Shown: positions 28,625-37,475 of the stretch, in pieces
Numbering within the stretch: the first letter of the stretch is position 1
Layout of the letters: each line of letters opens with the position of its first letter
Source of the DNA: Deltaproteobacteria bacterium HGW-Deltaproteobacteria-6
Lineage (GTDB): Bacteria; Desulfobacterota; Syntrophia; Syntrophales; Smithellaceae
Assembly: GCA_002840435.1 (NCBI GenBank)
Contig: PHAT01000001.1
Location: 592,979-656,978 of the forward strand
DNA: 64,000 nucleotides
Direction of reading: 5' to 3'
Program-made: the position numbers and the translations under genes
The notes under the pieces: generated by a model
Databases searched by the model: none
Seen by the model: the letters and a program-made list of their open reading frames with translations, nothing else
Told to the model about the DNA's origin: nothing

Positions 28625-28653
28625 TTGACCTATCCTTGCATTTACGGTAAATA
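28625..28653 (+). promoter_or_regulatory. candidate promoter (TTGACC - 17 nt - TAAATA)
   Basis: TTGACC at 28625-28630 and TAAATA at 28648-28653, upstream of the biotinyl-domain gene. Confidence 0.4.
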
Positions 28654-28748
28654 TCTTCATCGATTTATCAGTCTCAATCATGATTCAGTCTGATAATTTC
28701 ATTAAGGATATTAAAATAAAATAACTATAAAGGGAGGCACGAAAAACG

Positions 28749-28964
28749 ATGAGTATGGAAATTAAAGCCCCCATGCCGGGGAAAATTGCAAGCATTACGG
28801 TAAGTGTCGGCAGTCAGGTACAGGAAGAAGAAGAAGTGATCATCATGGACGCGATGAAAATGGAAATTCCCGTTTACGCGCCGGGCGCGGGAACCATTAA
28901 GGAGATCATGGTAAAGGCCGGTGATTCCGTTAATGAAGGCCAGGTGCTGGCTATCCTCGAATAA
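28749..28964 (+). CDS. stand-alone biotinyl/lipoyl-carrier domain protein
   Basis: 71 aa with the biotinylation motif MDAMKME and a flanking hammerhead-like sequence. AGGGAGG Shine-Dalgarno upstream. Confidence 0.85.
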   Translation: MSMEIKAPMPGKIASITVSVGSQVQEEEEVIIMDAMKMEIPVYAPGAGTIKEIMVKAGDSVNEGQVLAILE

Positions 28965-28987
28965 CATAAATCCGTTTGACCGGAAAT

Positions 28988-29034
28988 GAACCCGTTGAAT
29001 TTATGCTTCAGGCGTAACTCAACGGGTTTTTTAT
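28988..29034 (+). terminator. intrinsic terminator after the biotinyl-domain gene
   Basis: AACCCGTTGA (28989-28998) pairs with TCAACGGGTT (29019-29028), followed by TTTTTAT. The 20-nt loop is large. Confidence 0.55.
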
Positions 29035-29052
29035 GATCCTGTTGCCGCTTCA

Positions 29053-30657
29053 TCACACCGCTTCCGCAACATCGTCGTCTTCTTCAAGTTCCTCTTCGTA
29101 ACCCGGATTGCGTTCAATGGCTTCACCTTCCAGGATTTCGATGATCCTGTTGGCAACAGTCGAAACAAATTCCTGATCACGCGAAGCAAACAAAACCACC
29201 TCGGAAAACGCGATAAGCCCGTCGTTTAAGGCGGTGATCGATTCCAGATCCAAGTGGTTTGTCGGTTCATCCAGGATAAGAACATTGGCCCCGGTCAGCA
29301 TCATGCGGGAGAGCATGCAGCGAACCCGTTCACCGCCGGAGAGAACGACGATATTTTTCATGGCCTCTTCTCCGGAAAACAGCATTCTGCCCAAAAAACC
29401 GCGGGCGAAGGCGTCCCCATCCGAAGGAGGTGAATACTGGCTCAGCCATTCGATCAGCGTCATCTCTCTTTCAAAGAACCCGCTATTCTCCTGAGGAAAA
29501 TAAGCATTAGTGATGGTTACACCCCAGCGGTAACTGCCGCTGTCCGGTTCCATCTCACCTGCCAGAATCTGAAAAAGGGTTGTGCGCGCCAAAGCGTTGT
29601 CTCCGACAAAAGCGATTTTGTCGCCTTTGCGCACATTCAGATCAAAATTATCCAGGACTTTAACGCCGTCAATTATCTTGGTTAAGCCGGTAATGGACAG
29701 GATGATGTCACCACAGGCACGCTCGGGTTTGAATACCACATAAGGATATTTTCGGGATGACGTCGGCATATCCTCCAGCGTCAATTTATCAAGCAGCTTC
29801 TTGCGCGAGGTGGCCTGCTTGGACTTGGAGGCATTGGCACTGAACCGCTGGATGAAAGCTTTCAGTTCATCAGCTTTTTCGGACAGTTTGCGGTTATCGG
29901 CCTGCTTCTGCTTTAAGTGCAACTGGCTGGCGCGGTACCAGAAATCATAATTGCCCACATAAATCTGAATCCGCCCGAAATCGATATCAGCGGTATGCGT
30001 GCAGACCTGATTCAGAAAGTGACGGTCATGGGATACCACAATGACCGTATTGGGAAACCGGTACAGGAACTCTTCCAGCCATTTAATGGATTTCCGGCCG
30101 AGATTATTGGTCGGTTCGTCCAGAAGCAGTATATCGGGATTGCCGAAAAGAGCCTGAGCCAGAAGCACGCGGACCTTCTCGCCCGCCTCTAAATCCTTCA
30201 TCTTTTTTGTCCGGAGATCTTCGGATATGCCCAGTCCGTTCAAAAGCACGGCGGCTTCGGATTCCGCTTCATAACCGTTCATTTCAGCGAATTCCGCTTC
30301 CAGTTCGGCCGAACGCACACCGTCCTCTTCCGTAAATTCCGGTTTGGCGTAAATGGCCTCGCGCTTCATCATGACTTTGTATAAACGCTTGTGCCCCATG
30401 ATCACCGTATTGAAAACGATTTCATCGTCGAAGGCAAACTGATCCTGCCGCAGAACGGCGATTCGTTCCCGGCGGCCGACGATAATTTCTCCCTTATCCG
30501 CCTCCAGCTCACCGGCCAGAATTTTCAGGAAGGTGGACTTCCCCGACCCGTTGGCGCCGATCAACCCGTAACAGTTGCCCGGGGTAAACTTAATATTCAC
30601 ATCTTTGAATAGTATTCTCTTCCCATAGGCAAGAGTGACATTTTCTGCTGCAATCAT
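29053..30657 (-). CDS. ABC-F family ATPase (YbiT/EttA-like translation factor)
   Basis: 534 aa, two ABC cassettes joined by a charged linker, no TM domain. NBD1 Walker A is GANGSGKST. NBD2 Walker A is degenerate (GDNALARTT). Confidence 0.9.
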   Translation of the reverse strand: MIAAENVTLAYGKRILFKDVNIKFTPGNCYGLIGANGSGKSTFLKILAGELEADKGEIIVGRRERIAVLRQDQFAFDDEIVFNTVIMGHKRLYKVMMKREAIYAKPEFTEEDGVRSAELEAEFAEMNGYEAESEAAVLLNGLGISEDLRTKKMKDLEAGEKVRVLLAQALFGNPDILLLDEPTNNLGRKSIKWLEEFLYRFPNTVIVVSHDRHFLNQVCTHTADIDFGRIQIYVGNYDFWYRASQLHLKQKQADNRKLSEKADELKAFIQRFSANASKSKQATSRKKLLDKLTLEDMPTSSRKYPYVVFKPERACGDIILSITGLTKIIDGVKVLDNFDLNVRKGDKIAFVGDNALARTTLFQILAGEMEPDSGSYRWGVTITNAYFPQENSGFFEREMTLIEWLSQYSPPSDGDAFARGFLGRMLFSGEEAMKNIVVLSGGERVRCMLSRMMLTGANVLILDEPTNHLDLESITALNDGLIAFSEVVLFASRDQEFVSTVANRIIEILEGEAIERNPGYEEELEEDDDVAEAV

Positions 30658-30680
30658 GCTTGTTTAATGCTCCTCGTATG

Positions 30681-30717
30681 AAATAAAAAAACCACAGGGC
30701 ATGGTGACCCCTGTGGT
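30681..30717 (-). terminator. intrinsic terminator inside the 5' leader of the ABC-F gene
   Basis: Minus strand reads ACCACAGGG-gtcaccatg-CCCTGTGGT followed by TTTTTTATTT. It ends 23 nt before the ATG at 30657. No minus-strand gene ends upstream of it. Confidence 0.6.
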
Positions 30718-30962
30718 TCACTGACGGAAGGCTTAGTATCACCTATTTTACAATGTAGCAACACATTATTACCGGAACCTTACCCTCGTAAGCAAGTCTT
30801 CTTCAGGCAGGCAGCAGGCGACCTTTATTTCATTGAAATTATTATCGATTAAAAAGCATTCTTTACTCTTTACGGCATTTATGGCTTATAGTGCACTGAA
30901 CATAGTCATAAATATTTATGCTGATTATTCGGCGCATAAAATAAGAATAACCTATCAGGAGA

Positions 30963-31817
30963 ATGGCAATGGAAAACAAGGTCATCTGGGCGACCCTCGA
31001 AAAGATTAAAGATTTGCCGACATTACCCAGCGTTTATTTCAAACTCAATCAACTTCTCAAAGACAAACAGGCATCGATTGAAAGAGTAGCCCATATTATC
31101 GAACTGGATCCGGCCATGTCATCCAGAATTTTGCGCCTGGTCAACTCCGCATTTTATGGCGTTCGGCAGGAAAGCAACTCTATTGCTCATGCTGTCATGA
31201 TTCTGGGTTTCAATGCCGTGAAAAATGCCGTAGTCTCCGTCGCCATCCTCGACACATTCAGTTATAAGGATCGATACGAGAACTTTGACATTACCGAGTT
31301 CTGGCGTCATGCGGTCAGCGTTGCCGTTCTCAGTAAACAACTGGCGGAACGAAGCCGTCTGGTGGCTCCGGAGGATGCCTTTATAGCCGGTCTTTTGCAC
31401 GACATCGGCAAAATCATCATGACAAAGTATTTTAAAGAAGATTTCGGAAAAGTCTGGAAGATCATGCAGGAAACAAAATGCAGTTATGCCGATGCCGAGC
31501 AGCAAGCAGCATCCATCGATCATGTGCAGATCGGGGCATACCTTGTCAGAAAATGGCAACTTCCCGAACCCATCATTCAAGCCATTGCCGGTCATCATTA
31601 TTACATGTCGTCATCGGAATCCACCGGCATGATTGAGTCCCTCATGCTGGCTGATGCTCTGGCCAATTCCGGATATCAAATCAATCCGGACAATTATGTT
31701 TTTGAGGGTCATATCGAAAAAGTGCTCAAACCACTTATGCAAAAGAGCGATAGCTGGCTGCCTCAGGCCATTACTGAAATTGACATGGCCAATGAATTCT
31801 TTTTAGAAGGTAAATAG
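30963..31817 (+). CDS. HDOD-domain signalling protein
   Basis: LPTLPSVYFKLNQLL...IIELDPAMSSRILRLVNSAFYG and GLLHDIGK are typical HDOD features. Confidence 0.88.
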   Translation: MAMENKVIWATLEKIKDLPTLPSVYFKLNQLLKDKQASIERVAHIIELDPAMSSRILRLVNSAFYGVRQESNSIAHAVMILGFNAVKNAVVSVAILDTFSYKDRYENFDITEFWRHAVSVAVLSKQLAERSRLVAPEDAFIAGLLHDIGKIIMTKYFKEDFGKVWKIMQETKCSYADAEQQAASIDHVQIGAYLVRKWQLPEPIIQAIAGHHYYMSSSESTGMIESLMLADALANSGYQINPDNYVFEGHIEKVLKPLMQKSDSWLPQAITEIDMANEFFLEGK

Positions 31818-31918
31818 TCGCCATGCTTTCAGGGTCCGAAAAAACCCGCCTGTTCCACAAGCGTGGTTGGACAAGGGATATTTAGCGGAGGAAATTAATC
31901 TGTCCCTGATCTTCTCAC

Positions 31919-32419
31919 CTATTCTGTTTCGTAACAGGCCAGTATTTCACCAAAGTAAAGGGTGTGATAATCTTTTTGCGGATAAAGGGACTGATCATAA
32001 CCTTGATCCAGGTTAGCCGGATTCATGGCGGACTTGTAAACTATTTTGCATTCAAAATGAATTCCGGCAACTTTGATAATCGGTGACGCGACCTTCCGTC
32101 CTTCTGCCGTTTCCAGGCTGCACATCTTGAACTTATCGACATCCCGGCCGGATTTCGTTCCGCAAAAAGCAATGGCTTTGCTCATATCACTTGAAGGTAT
32201 CGTTACCGTAAAGTCTGAAGCCTTTTCCATAATACCAAAGGTGTAGCGTGAATCGCGCACCGCCACCATTATGACCGGTTTTTGCCAGATAAATCCGAAA
32301 GTAGCCCAGCCGATGGTCATGGTGTTTTGTACATCCGTGGCTTTGACGGTCAGGAACGCTCCTTTCCTGATTTTATTCATGGCCTCTTCAGCAATGCTCA
32401 TATACTTTAAGTCTTTCAT
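31919..32419 (-). CDS. flavin reductase-like (flavoredoxin) FMN-binding protein
   Basis: 166 aa. GAFLTVK...NTMTIGWATFG is typical of the split-barrel flavin reductase family. Confidence 0.8.
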   Translation of the reverse strand: MKDLKYMSIAEEAMNKIRKGAFLTVKATDVQNTMTIGWATFGFIWQKPVIMVAVRDSRYTFGIMEKASDFTVTIPSSDMSKAIAFCGTKSGRDVDKFKMCSLETAEGRKVASPIIKVAGIHFECKIVYKSAMNPANLDQGYDQSLYPQKDYHTLYFGEILACYETE

Positions 32420-32582
32420 GAAAAGCCCTCCTCTGTTATTGAAATCTGAAAGTAAATACCGCTCCGGTTTTTTTAAATATCTTCATTCTGCGGACACCCT
32501 GACTGCCTGATTACGGCATGCTCTCAGGGCATTCGATTTCCCGACAATGCGCGGAACGTGACATGTAACCGGCCGCTTCAGT

Positions 32583-34703
32583 TCAGGACTTTGCCGCCCC
32601 CAGCGTTACCATATCGAACAGGATGTTGACGCTCTCGTTCACGAAAGGCGCATACTGCTCGCGTATTTTCTGCTTTTGTTCGGAACGCGTTTCCGTCTCT
32701 TTTCCGATACCTTCTTTTTTCATCGACTTGCTGAAATCGTCAAGCTGAATGATGCCCTTCTTGTCGGCGGCTTCTTTGTTGTCTTTAATGATTTTGGCAA
32801 ACTTTGCGTCTTTCGCAATCCGTCCCTGGGACCTCGGCGCAAGCTTGGCGATCAATCGCTTATCAACAGGCTTCCATTGCGTCGCATCTTTTCCCCGTGT
32901 GCCGAGAAATGGCACGATCGACTGAGCCGGCAGCGGATAGTCCAGCGCCGCTTCACCGATTTCTTCAAGTACGAACCAGCCAGGCAGCCTGATGTCCGCC
33001 GCCACACCGGTCTTCTGCGTCGATTTACCGCCCGGCAGGAAGTACAGCCCCGTGGTGACCTTCATGGCACCCAGATCCCAGGGCAGCGGCATTAAAGCCT
33101 GCACGGAACCCTTGCCATAGGTATGATCCGACCCGACAATCACCGCGCGATCATAGTCTTTCAGGGCTCCCGCTACGATCTCGCTGGCTGACGCGCTCAT
33201 TCGGCTGGTTAGAACCACCAGGGGACCCATGTAGAGCGCCTTGGGGTTTTCTGCAGGAGCCGCAACGATACTGCGCTTATCGTATTCCTTCACCGGCGCC
33301 GTCGAACCATTGGCGAGAATCATCACTTGTCCCCGGCTGTCCTTGACGGCAACGATTCCGCCCCTGCCGATAAAAAGACCGGCAAGACGCACTGCTTCTT
33401 CGAGCAACCCGCCGCCATTGCGCGACAAGTTCAGCACAATGCCATCCACCTGCTGACGTTTAGCCTCGGTGAGAAGTCTTTTGACGTCTTCATAACTTGA
33501 TTTGCCGCCCTTCTCGTCTCCGTAAAATGAAGGAAGATCGATTACACCGAAGCGGTATTGTTTGCCGTTAACTTTCCTGATCTCGTAGGTCATCTTCGCT
33601 TCCTGTTCCGTCACGTCGATCTTGTCGCGCATGATGGTAACATCAAAGCGCTCCTTGCGCTGCGTCTGCCGTAAAATCGTCAGGGTGACCCTTGTGCCTT
33701 TCTTGCCGCGTATCATACTGACCACGTCGCGCAGATCCATATCGATGACGTCAACCGGCTTTTCCCCCTCCTGAGCCACGGCAATAATTTTGTCTTTCGG
33801 TTTCAAAAGACCCGTTTTTTCGGCGCCGCCGCCGGGAACCAATTCTTCAATAACGGTGAAGCCGGTTTCGCTGCTCAGCATGGCCCCGATTCCCTCCAGG
33901 GAAAGCTTCATCTGAATCTGCAGGTCCTCGAGGTTTTTGGGTGACAGGTAGCTTGTGTGCGGGTCCAATGCCCCGGCAAAGGCCTCGGCGGCTGTCGAAA
34001 TGAGTTTGGAAGGATTTTGTTCGATCACCCGCTTCGTCTGCAACTCATAGCGGTGTATGTGTCTTTTTTTTGCTGTTTCCAGATCAATGCCGGCCAGCAG
34101 GGAATTCTCCATTTGGAATTGCACGATCTTTTTCAGGGACTCCTGCTTGTCCGTCCTCGTCTTCAGATAGGGGCGTTTGTCCACATTGATGTTCAGTTCC
34201 ACCCTCTTGTCAGACCGGAAGGCCGGTCCCAGTATATCTTTGACGATAGCTTCGTTCTCCCGTGCCCGCACAACAAGCAGGTTGTATACTTGTTGAAGCG
34301 AAGCACAGTTGCCTTTTTCCGCGCTCAGGAAAACATCCAGCAGAAGCGGTTTAAGCGTCTCCAAATCCGATTCGTACAGCAGTGTTTTCGAGGGATCAAG
34401 GTGCTTGATCATTTGGTCGACAGCGTGCATCCTTATTTCGGTGGTGGTGCTTTTCATCGCATAATGTTTGGCATGAAATGCTTCCATCAGGATGGGAAGG
34501 TGTTTACAGGCAAGGTCATTTGCCGCCGCAGTAAATGGAAGCAGAAGAACCATGATCAGCATCAGCTTAAGCAGGAAACGGAACCTGCCCGTCGTAATGA
34601 AGGCTACGGCATGGTATGGTTGTTGGTCGCGGAATGTATTTTCAGAGTTTCTTTTCACTCTTATGTTGCACATATTCAGTCTCCTTATTCTTTTCCGTTG
34701 CAC
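32583..34703 (-). CDS. prc: carboxy-terminal (tail-specific) processing protease, S41 family
   Basis: PDZ segment plus S41 catalytic segments (SASASEIVAGALKD, GKGSVQ). The true start is probably one of the internal Met codons before the signal anchor LMLIMVLLLPFTAAA. Confidence 0.88.
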   Translation of the reverse strand: MQRKRIRRLNMCNIRVKRNSENTFRDQQPYHAVAFITTGRFRFLLKLMLIMVLLLPFTAAANDLACKHLPILMEAFHAKHYAMKSTTTEIRMHAVDQMIKHLDPSKTLLYESDLETLKPLLLDVFLSAEKGNCASLQQVYNLLVVRARENEAIVKDILGPAFRSDKRVELNINVDKRPYLKTRTDKQESLKKIVQFQMENSLLAGIDLETAKKRHIHRYELQTKRVIEQNPSKLISTAAEAFAGALDPHTSYLSPKNLEDLQIQMKLSLEGIGAMLSSETGFTVIEELVPGGGAEKTGLLKPKDKIIAVAQEGEKPVDVIDMDLRDVVSMIRGKKGTRVTLTILRQTQRKERFDVTIMRDKIDVTEQEAKMTYEIRKVNGKQYRFGVIDLPSFYGDEKGGKSSYEDVKRLLTEAKRQQVDGIVLNLSRNGGGLLEEAVRLAGLFIGRGGIVAVKDSRGQVMILANGSTAPVKEYDKRSIVAAPAENPKALYMGPLVVLTSRMSASASEIVAGALKDYDRAVIVGSDHTYGKGSVQALMPLPWDLGAMKVTTGLYFLPGGKSTQKTGVAADIRLPGWFVLEEIGEAALDYPLPAQSIVPFLGTRGKDATQWKPVDKRLIAKLAPRSQGRIAKDAKFAKIIKDNKEAADKKGIIQLDDFSKSMKKEGIGKETETRSEQKQKIREQYAPFVNESVNILFDMVTLGAAKS

Positions 34704-34913
34704 CCAAAATGGCAGTTTATCTTTATTACTGTATGAAAAATCATTCTGTTGCGACGATAGAAGGCCTGCGGATTTCTGTCAAGGAAAAAAGGGCCACCCG
34801 TCTTCCCCGGCATTCCGGATAATGTTAAGATTGATTTGCAGCATTTTTTGTGAAATTATATTAAAAATGTTCAGGATAAGGCAAAGTACAGCCATTACAG
34901 GAGAAATAAAGCC

Positions 34914-35924
34914 ATGTTGATCGTCATGCATCGCAATGCCACCCAAAAGCAAATAAATGCCGTCTTAACGGCGGTTGAAAAGATGGGGCTGACGGCGTCG
35001 TCTATTCCCGGAACGGAAAGAACGGCCATTGGCGTCCTGGGCAATAAAGGATATGTGGATGATGTTTCCATCCGCGACCTCGCCGGCGTCAAGGAAGTGA
35101 TTCATGTCTCCAAACCGTACAAGATGGTGTCCCGGGACTTTCACCCCCGGCCGACGGTAATCAAGATCGACGGCGTGGAAATCGGCGAAGGGAGAAGTCC
35201 CGTAATCATCGCCGGCCCATGTGCCGTGGAAAGTAGAGATCAGATTATCCGGACGGCAAAAGCCGTTAAAGCCGCCGGCGCCCAATTTCTCCGCGGCGGC
35301 GCATTCAAACCCCGGACCGGCCCCTATACATTTCAGGGCCTGGGCGAGGAAGGACTGAAACTTTTAGCCCTGGCAAAACAGGAGACCGGCCTTCCGATCG
35401 TTTCAGAGGTCATGAGCGTGGAAAACGTGGAACTCGTGGCCGGCTATATAGATGTCCTTCAGGTGGGCGCCCGGAATATGCAGAATTTCGATCTCCTCCG
35501 GGAAGTTGGCCGAATCCGGAAACCGGTGCTTCTCAAACGCGGCCTCAGCGCTACGATTGAAGAATTTCTGGCGGCTGCCGAGTATATCTTGGCTGAAGGA
35601 AATTCCCAGGTCATTCTCTGCGAACGGGGCATCCGAACCTACGAAACGGCCACGCGCAATACCCTGGATCTCTCGGTCATTCCCATTATTAAAGAGCTTT
35701 CCCATCTCCCGATCATTGTTGATCCGTCACACGCCACCGGAAAGCGCAGCCTGGTGCCGCCCATGGCAAAAGCAGCCCTGGTGGCAGGATCCCACGGCAT
35801 TATGATAGAGGTTCACCCCGAACCGGAAAAGGCGCTCTCCGACGGCCCCCAGTCCTTAACGATTCCCGGCTTTGAAAAGCTTATGGATGAGATCAGGCAG
35901 ATCAAAGCTTTTCTCGGGTACTGA
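34914..35924 (+). CDS. aroF: 3-deoxy-7-phosphoheptulonate (DAHP) synthase, class I-beta with N-terminal regulatory domain
   Basis: 336 aa. The N-terminal ferredoxin-like domain MLIVMHRNATQKQINAVLTAVEKMG and a KDO8P/DAHP TIM barrel (GPCAVES, FKPRTGPYTFQG, DPSHATG). Confidence 0.92.
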   Translation: MLIVMHRNATQKQINAVLTAVEKMGLTASSIPGTERTAIGVLGNKGYVDDVSIRDLAGVKEVIHVSKPYKMVSRDFHPRPTVIKIDGVEIGEGRSPVIIAGPCAVESRDQIIRTAKAVKAAGAQFLRGGAFKPRTGPYTFQGLGEEGLKLLALAKQETGLPIVSEVMSVENVELVAGYIDVLQVGARNMQNFDLLREVGRIRKPVLLKRGLSATIEEFLAAAEYILAEGNSQVILCERGIRTYETATRNTLDLSVIPIIKELSHLPIIVDPSHATGKRSLVPPMAKAALVAGSHGIMIEVHPEPEKALSDGPQSLTIPGFEKLMDEIRQIKAFLGY

Positions 35925-35947
35925 CTATTCTGATGCCGTTTTGGCGC

Positions 35948-37018
35948 TTAAAACAAATACTCCAGTTTGATCATCAGGCTCATTTGTTCCGACCACACCT
36001 TGACACCGTTAATCCAGGTCTGGTCGGCTCTTTCCATATCATCGATCCATTGATGGGAACCTTCGGTCTGAATCCGGAGGTACTCCGCCTCCACACCCAC
36101 GTTAATGTTTTCAGTCAGACCGGCCTGGAAGCCAAGAGATGCATGCCAGGCGCTGCCACTTGTATTTTCGAAGGTCAGGCGGGTTCCCCGACGCTGTAAA
36201 TGATGGTCTTTATTTTCCCCGCTGACATAAGCCCAGTCCAACCGGCCCGATATTTTCAATCTGCGCGATGTCTTCAGGTGCCTTCCCAAATCATAATCCG
36301 TTCTTATCCCCAGGAAAAACTGCCAATAGTCCTGACTGAACCGAATGGCATCGCCCGGGTAAGGCTCCGGAGGCTTGCCTGCTCCCAACGGATTTTCGTC
36401 GTCCGGATACAGATAGACCTGAAAGCCGTCATGAGCCATAAATTCGAGGCGCTGCCAGCGAATCCCGACCACAGGTCGTGGGTCAAGCCAGACGGGCAGC
36501 CCAATCCAGTCCGCCACCTTCAGATCCACATCGCCCCGGACCATGTAACTTGGTTCCATGCGACATTCCGCTTCCGAGTAGATCGTCTTGAGATCCGTTC
36601 TCGTATTGTTAGTCCAGTCTGAATCCTTAAAGGCACCTTCTGATTCCCTGGATACACTTCTCAACACTTCCAGCCCCGCCGAAAAGCGGGAAAAACGACG
36701 CCGGAATTCTCCTCCGGCCCACCAGGTGTTCATGGGAAACTCCAGACGACTCAAAGGCGCCTGTCGGGGCGGATCGGGATTGCCGAATTCATAGGAGGTA
36801 TGGCTTCTGAAGTAGCGTTTAACATGCAGTTCAGCGGACCATGGCTTGTCCGGCGCAGATGGTTTTTCACCTGTCACAGACGCAATCGCCGGCAATCCCG
36901 ACAGCACCAGCATCAGGGCTGTCAGGTATGCCATGCGATGTATCCAGAAAATGCTTCTCATTACTTTTCTACTGCAAAGATTATTCATTTGGACCCTCTG
37001 AAATAATTCATGCTTCAT
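35948..37018 (-). CDS. omptin-like outer-membrane beta-barrel protein (possible protease)
   Basis: Signal sequence and C-terminal KLEYLF. Stretches DSDW, RWQRLEFMAHDG, IRFSQDYWQFFLGIRTDYDL and SGENKDHH line up by eye with OmpT DQDW, YQESRYSFTARGG, IGYKQRFKMPYIGLTGSYRY and SSDNDEHY. Confidence 0.6.
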   Translation of the reverse strand: MKHELFQRVQMNNLCSRKVMRSIFWIHRMAYLTALMLVLSGLPAIASVTGEKPSAPDKPWSAELHVKRYFRSHTSYEFGNPDPPRQAPLSRLEFPMNTWWAGGEFRRRFSRFSAGLEVLRSVSRESEGAFKDSDWTNNTRTDLKTIYSEAECRMEPSYMVRGDVDLKVADWIGLPVWLDPRPVVGIRWQRLEFMAHDGFQVYLYPDDENPLGAGKPPEPYPGDAIRFSQDYWQFFLGIRTDYDLGRHLKTSRRLKISGRLDWAYVSGENKDHHLQRRGTRLTFENTSGSAWHASLGFQAGLTENINVGVEAEYLRIQTEGSHQWIDDMERADQTWINGVKVWSEQMSLMIKLEYLF

Positions 37019-37204
37019 TAAATCGCAGGAGGAGTTGGGGTAACCCGACCGTCTTTATTATAATCGGCTTCACCGTTCAGCCGTTTTAACAGAACCATCT
37101 TTCATGTCAATGAAATATTGGTTTTAACCTGCTGTCCGGATAACCCAAACGGCCTGCTCCGGTATTTATTCCCTCATGGCGTCTCTGCATATTATATATA
37201 GTAT

Positions 37205-37224
37205 ATATTAAATATATTTAATAT
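37205..37224. promoter_or_regulatory. perfect 20-bp palindrome ATATTAAATATATTTAATAT (candidate operator)
   Basis: Self-complementary when read directly. It lies 7 nt upstream of the -35 box of the RHH gene promoter. A second palindrome, ATATATAGTATATAT, abuts it upstream. Confidence 0.6.
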
Positions 37225-37230
37225 TTGTTA

Positions 37231-37259
37231 TTGACATTATATCACGGATACTGTATATA
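37231..37259 (+). promoter_or_regulatory. near-consensus promoter (TTGACA - 17 nt - TATATA) placing the TSS on the ATG of the RHH gene
   Basis: TTGACA at 37231-37236 and TATATA at 37254-37259. The ATG at 37266 is 7 nt after the -10 box, and no Shine-Dalgarno lies in between. Confidence 0.55.
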
Positions 37260-37265
37260 TAAACC

Positions 37266-37475
37266 ATGACCATGGAAAAAGCGAAAATATTAATCACTCT
37301 GGAAGATACACTTTTGACGCATATCGACGATTACCGCTTTGATAATCGCATCAACTCCCGTTCTGAAGCTATCCGCCGGCTCATCGAATCAGGCCTGGAA
37401 ACATCGGGAACAGCAAATGCCAACATCCATAAAAAGAACGCGCCTAAATTATCCGCGAAAGGAAAAGGGAAATGA
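37266..37475 (+). CDS. ribbon-helix-helix (CopG/Arc/MetJ-type) DNA-binding protein
   Basis: 69 aa. KILITLEDTLLTHIDDY...SRSEAIRRLIESGL is a typical RHH strand-helix-helix. Confidence 0.75.
   Translation: MTMEKAKILITLEDTLLTHIDDYRFDNRINSRSEAIRRLIESGLETSGTANANIHKKNAPKLSAKGKGK

Noticed and set aside
32440-32480. ACCG-ctc-CGGT followed by T7, which looks like a plus-strand terminator
   Set aside because: The stem is only 4 bp and no plus-strand gene ends nearby. It is most likely a chance T-run in the flavin-reductase promoter region.
33957-34736. 259-aa plus-strand ORF
   Set aside because: It is antisense to the S41 tail-specific protease gene, which has clear family motifs.
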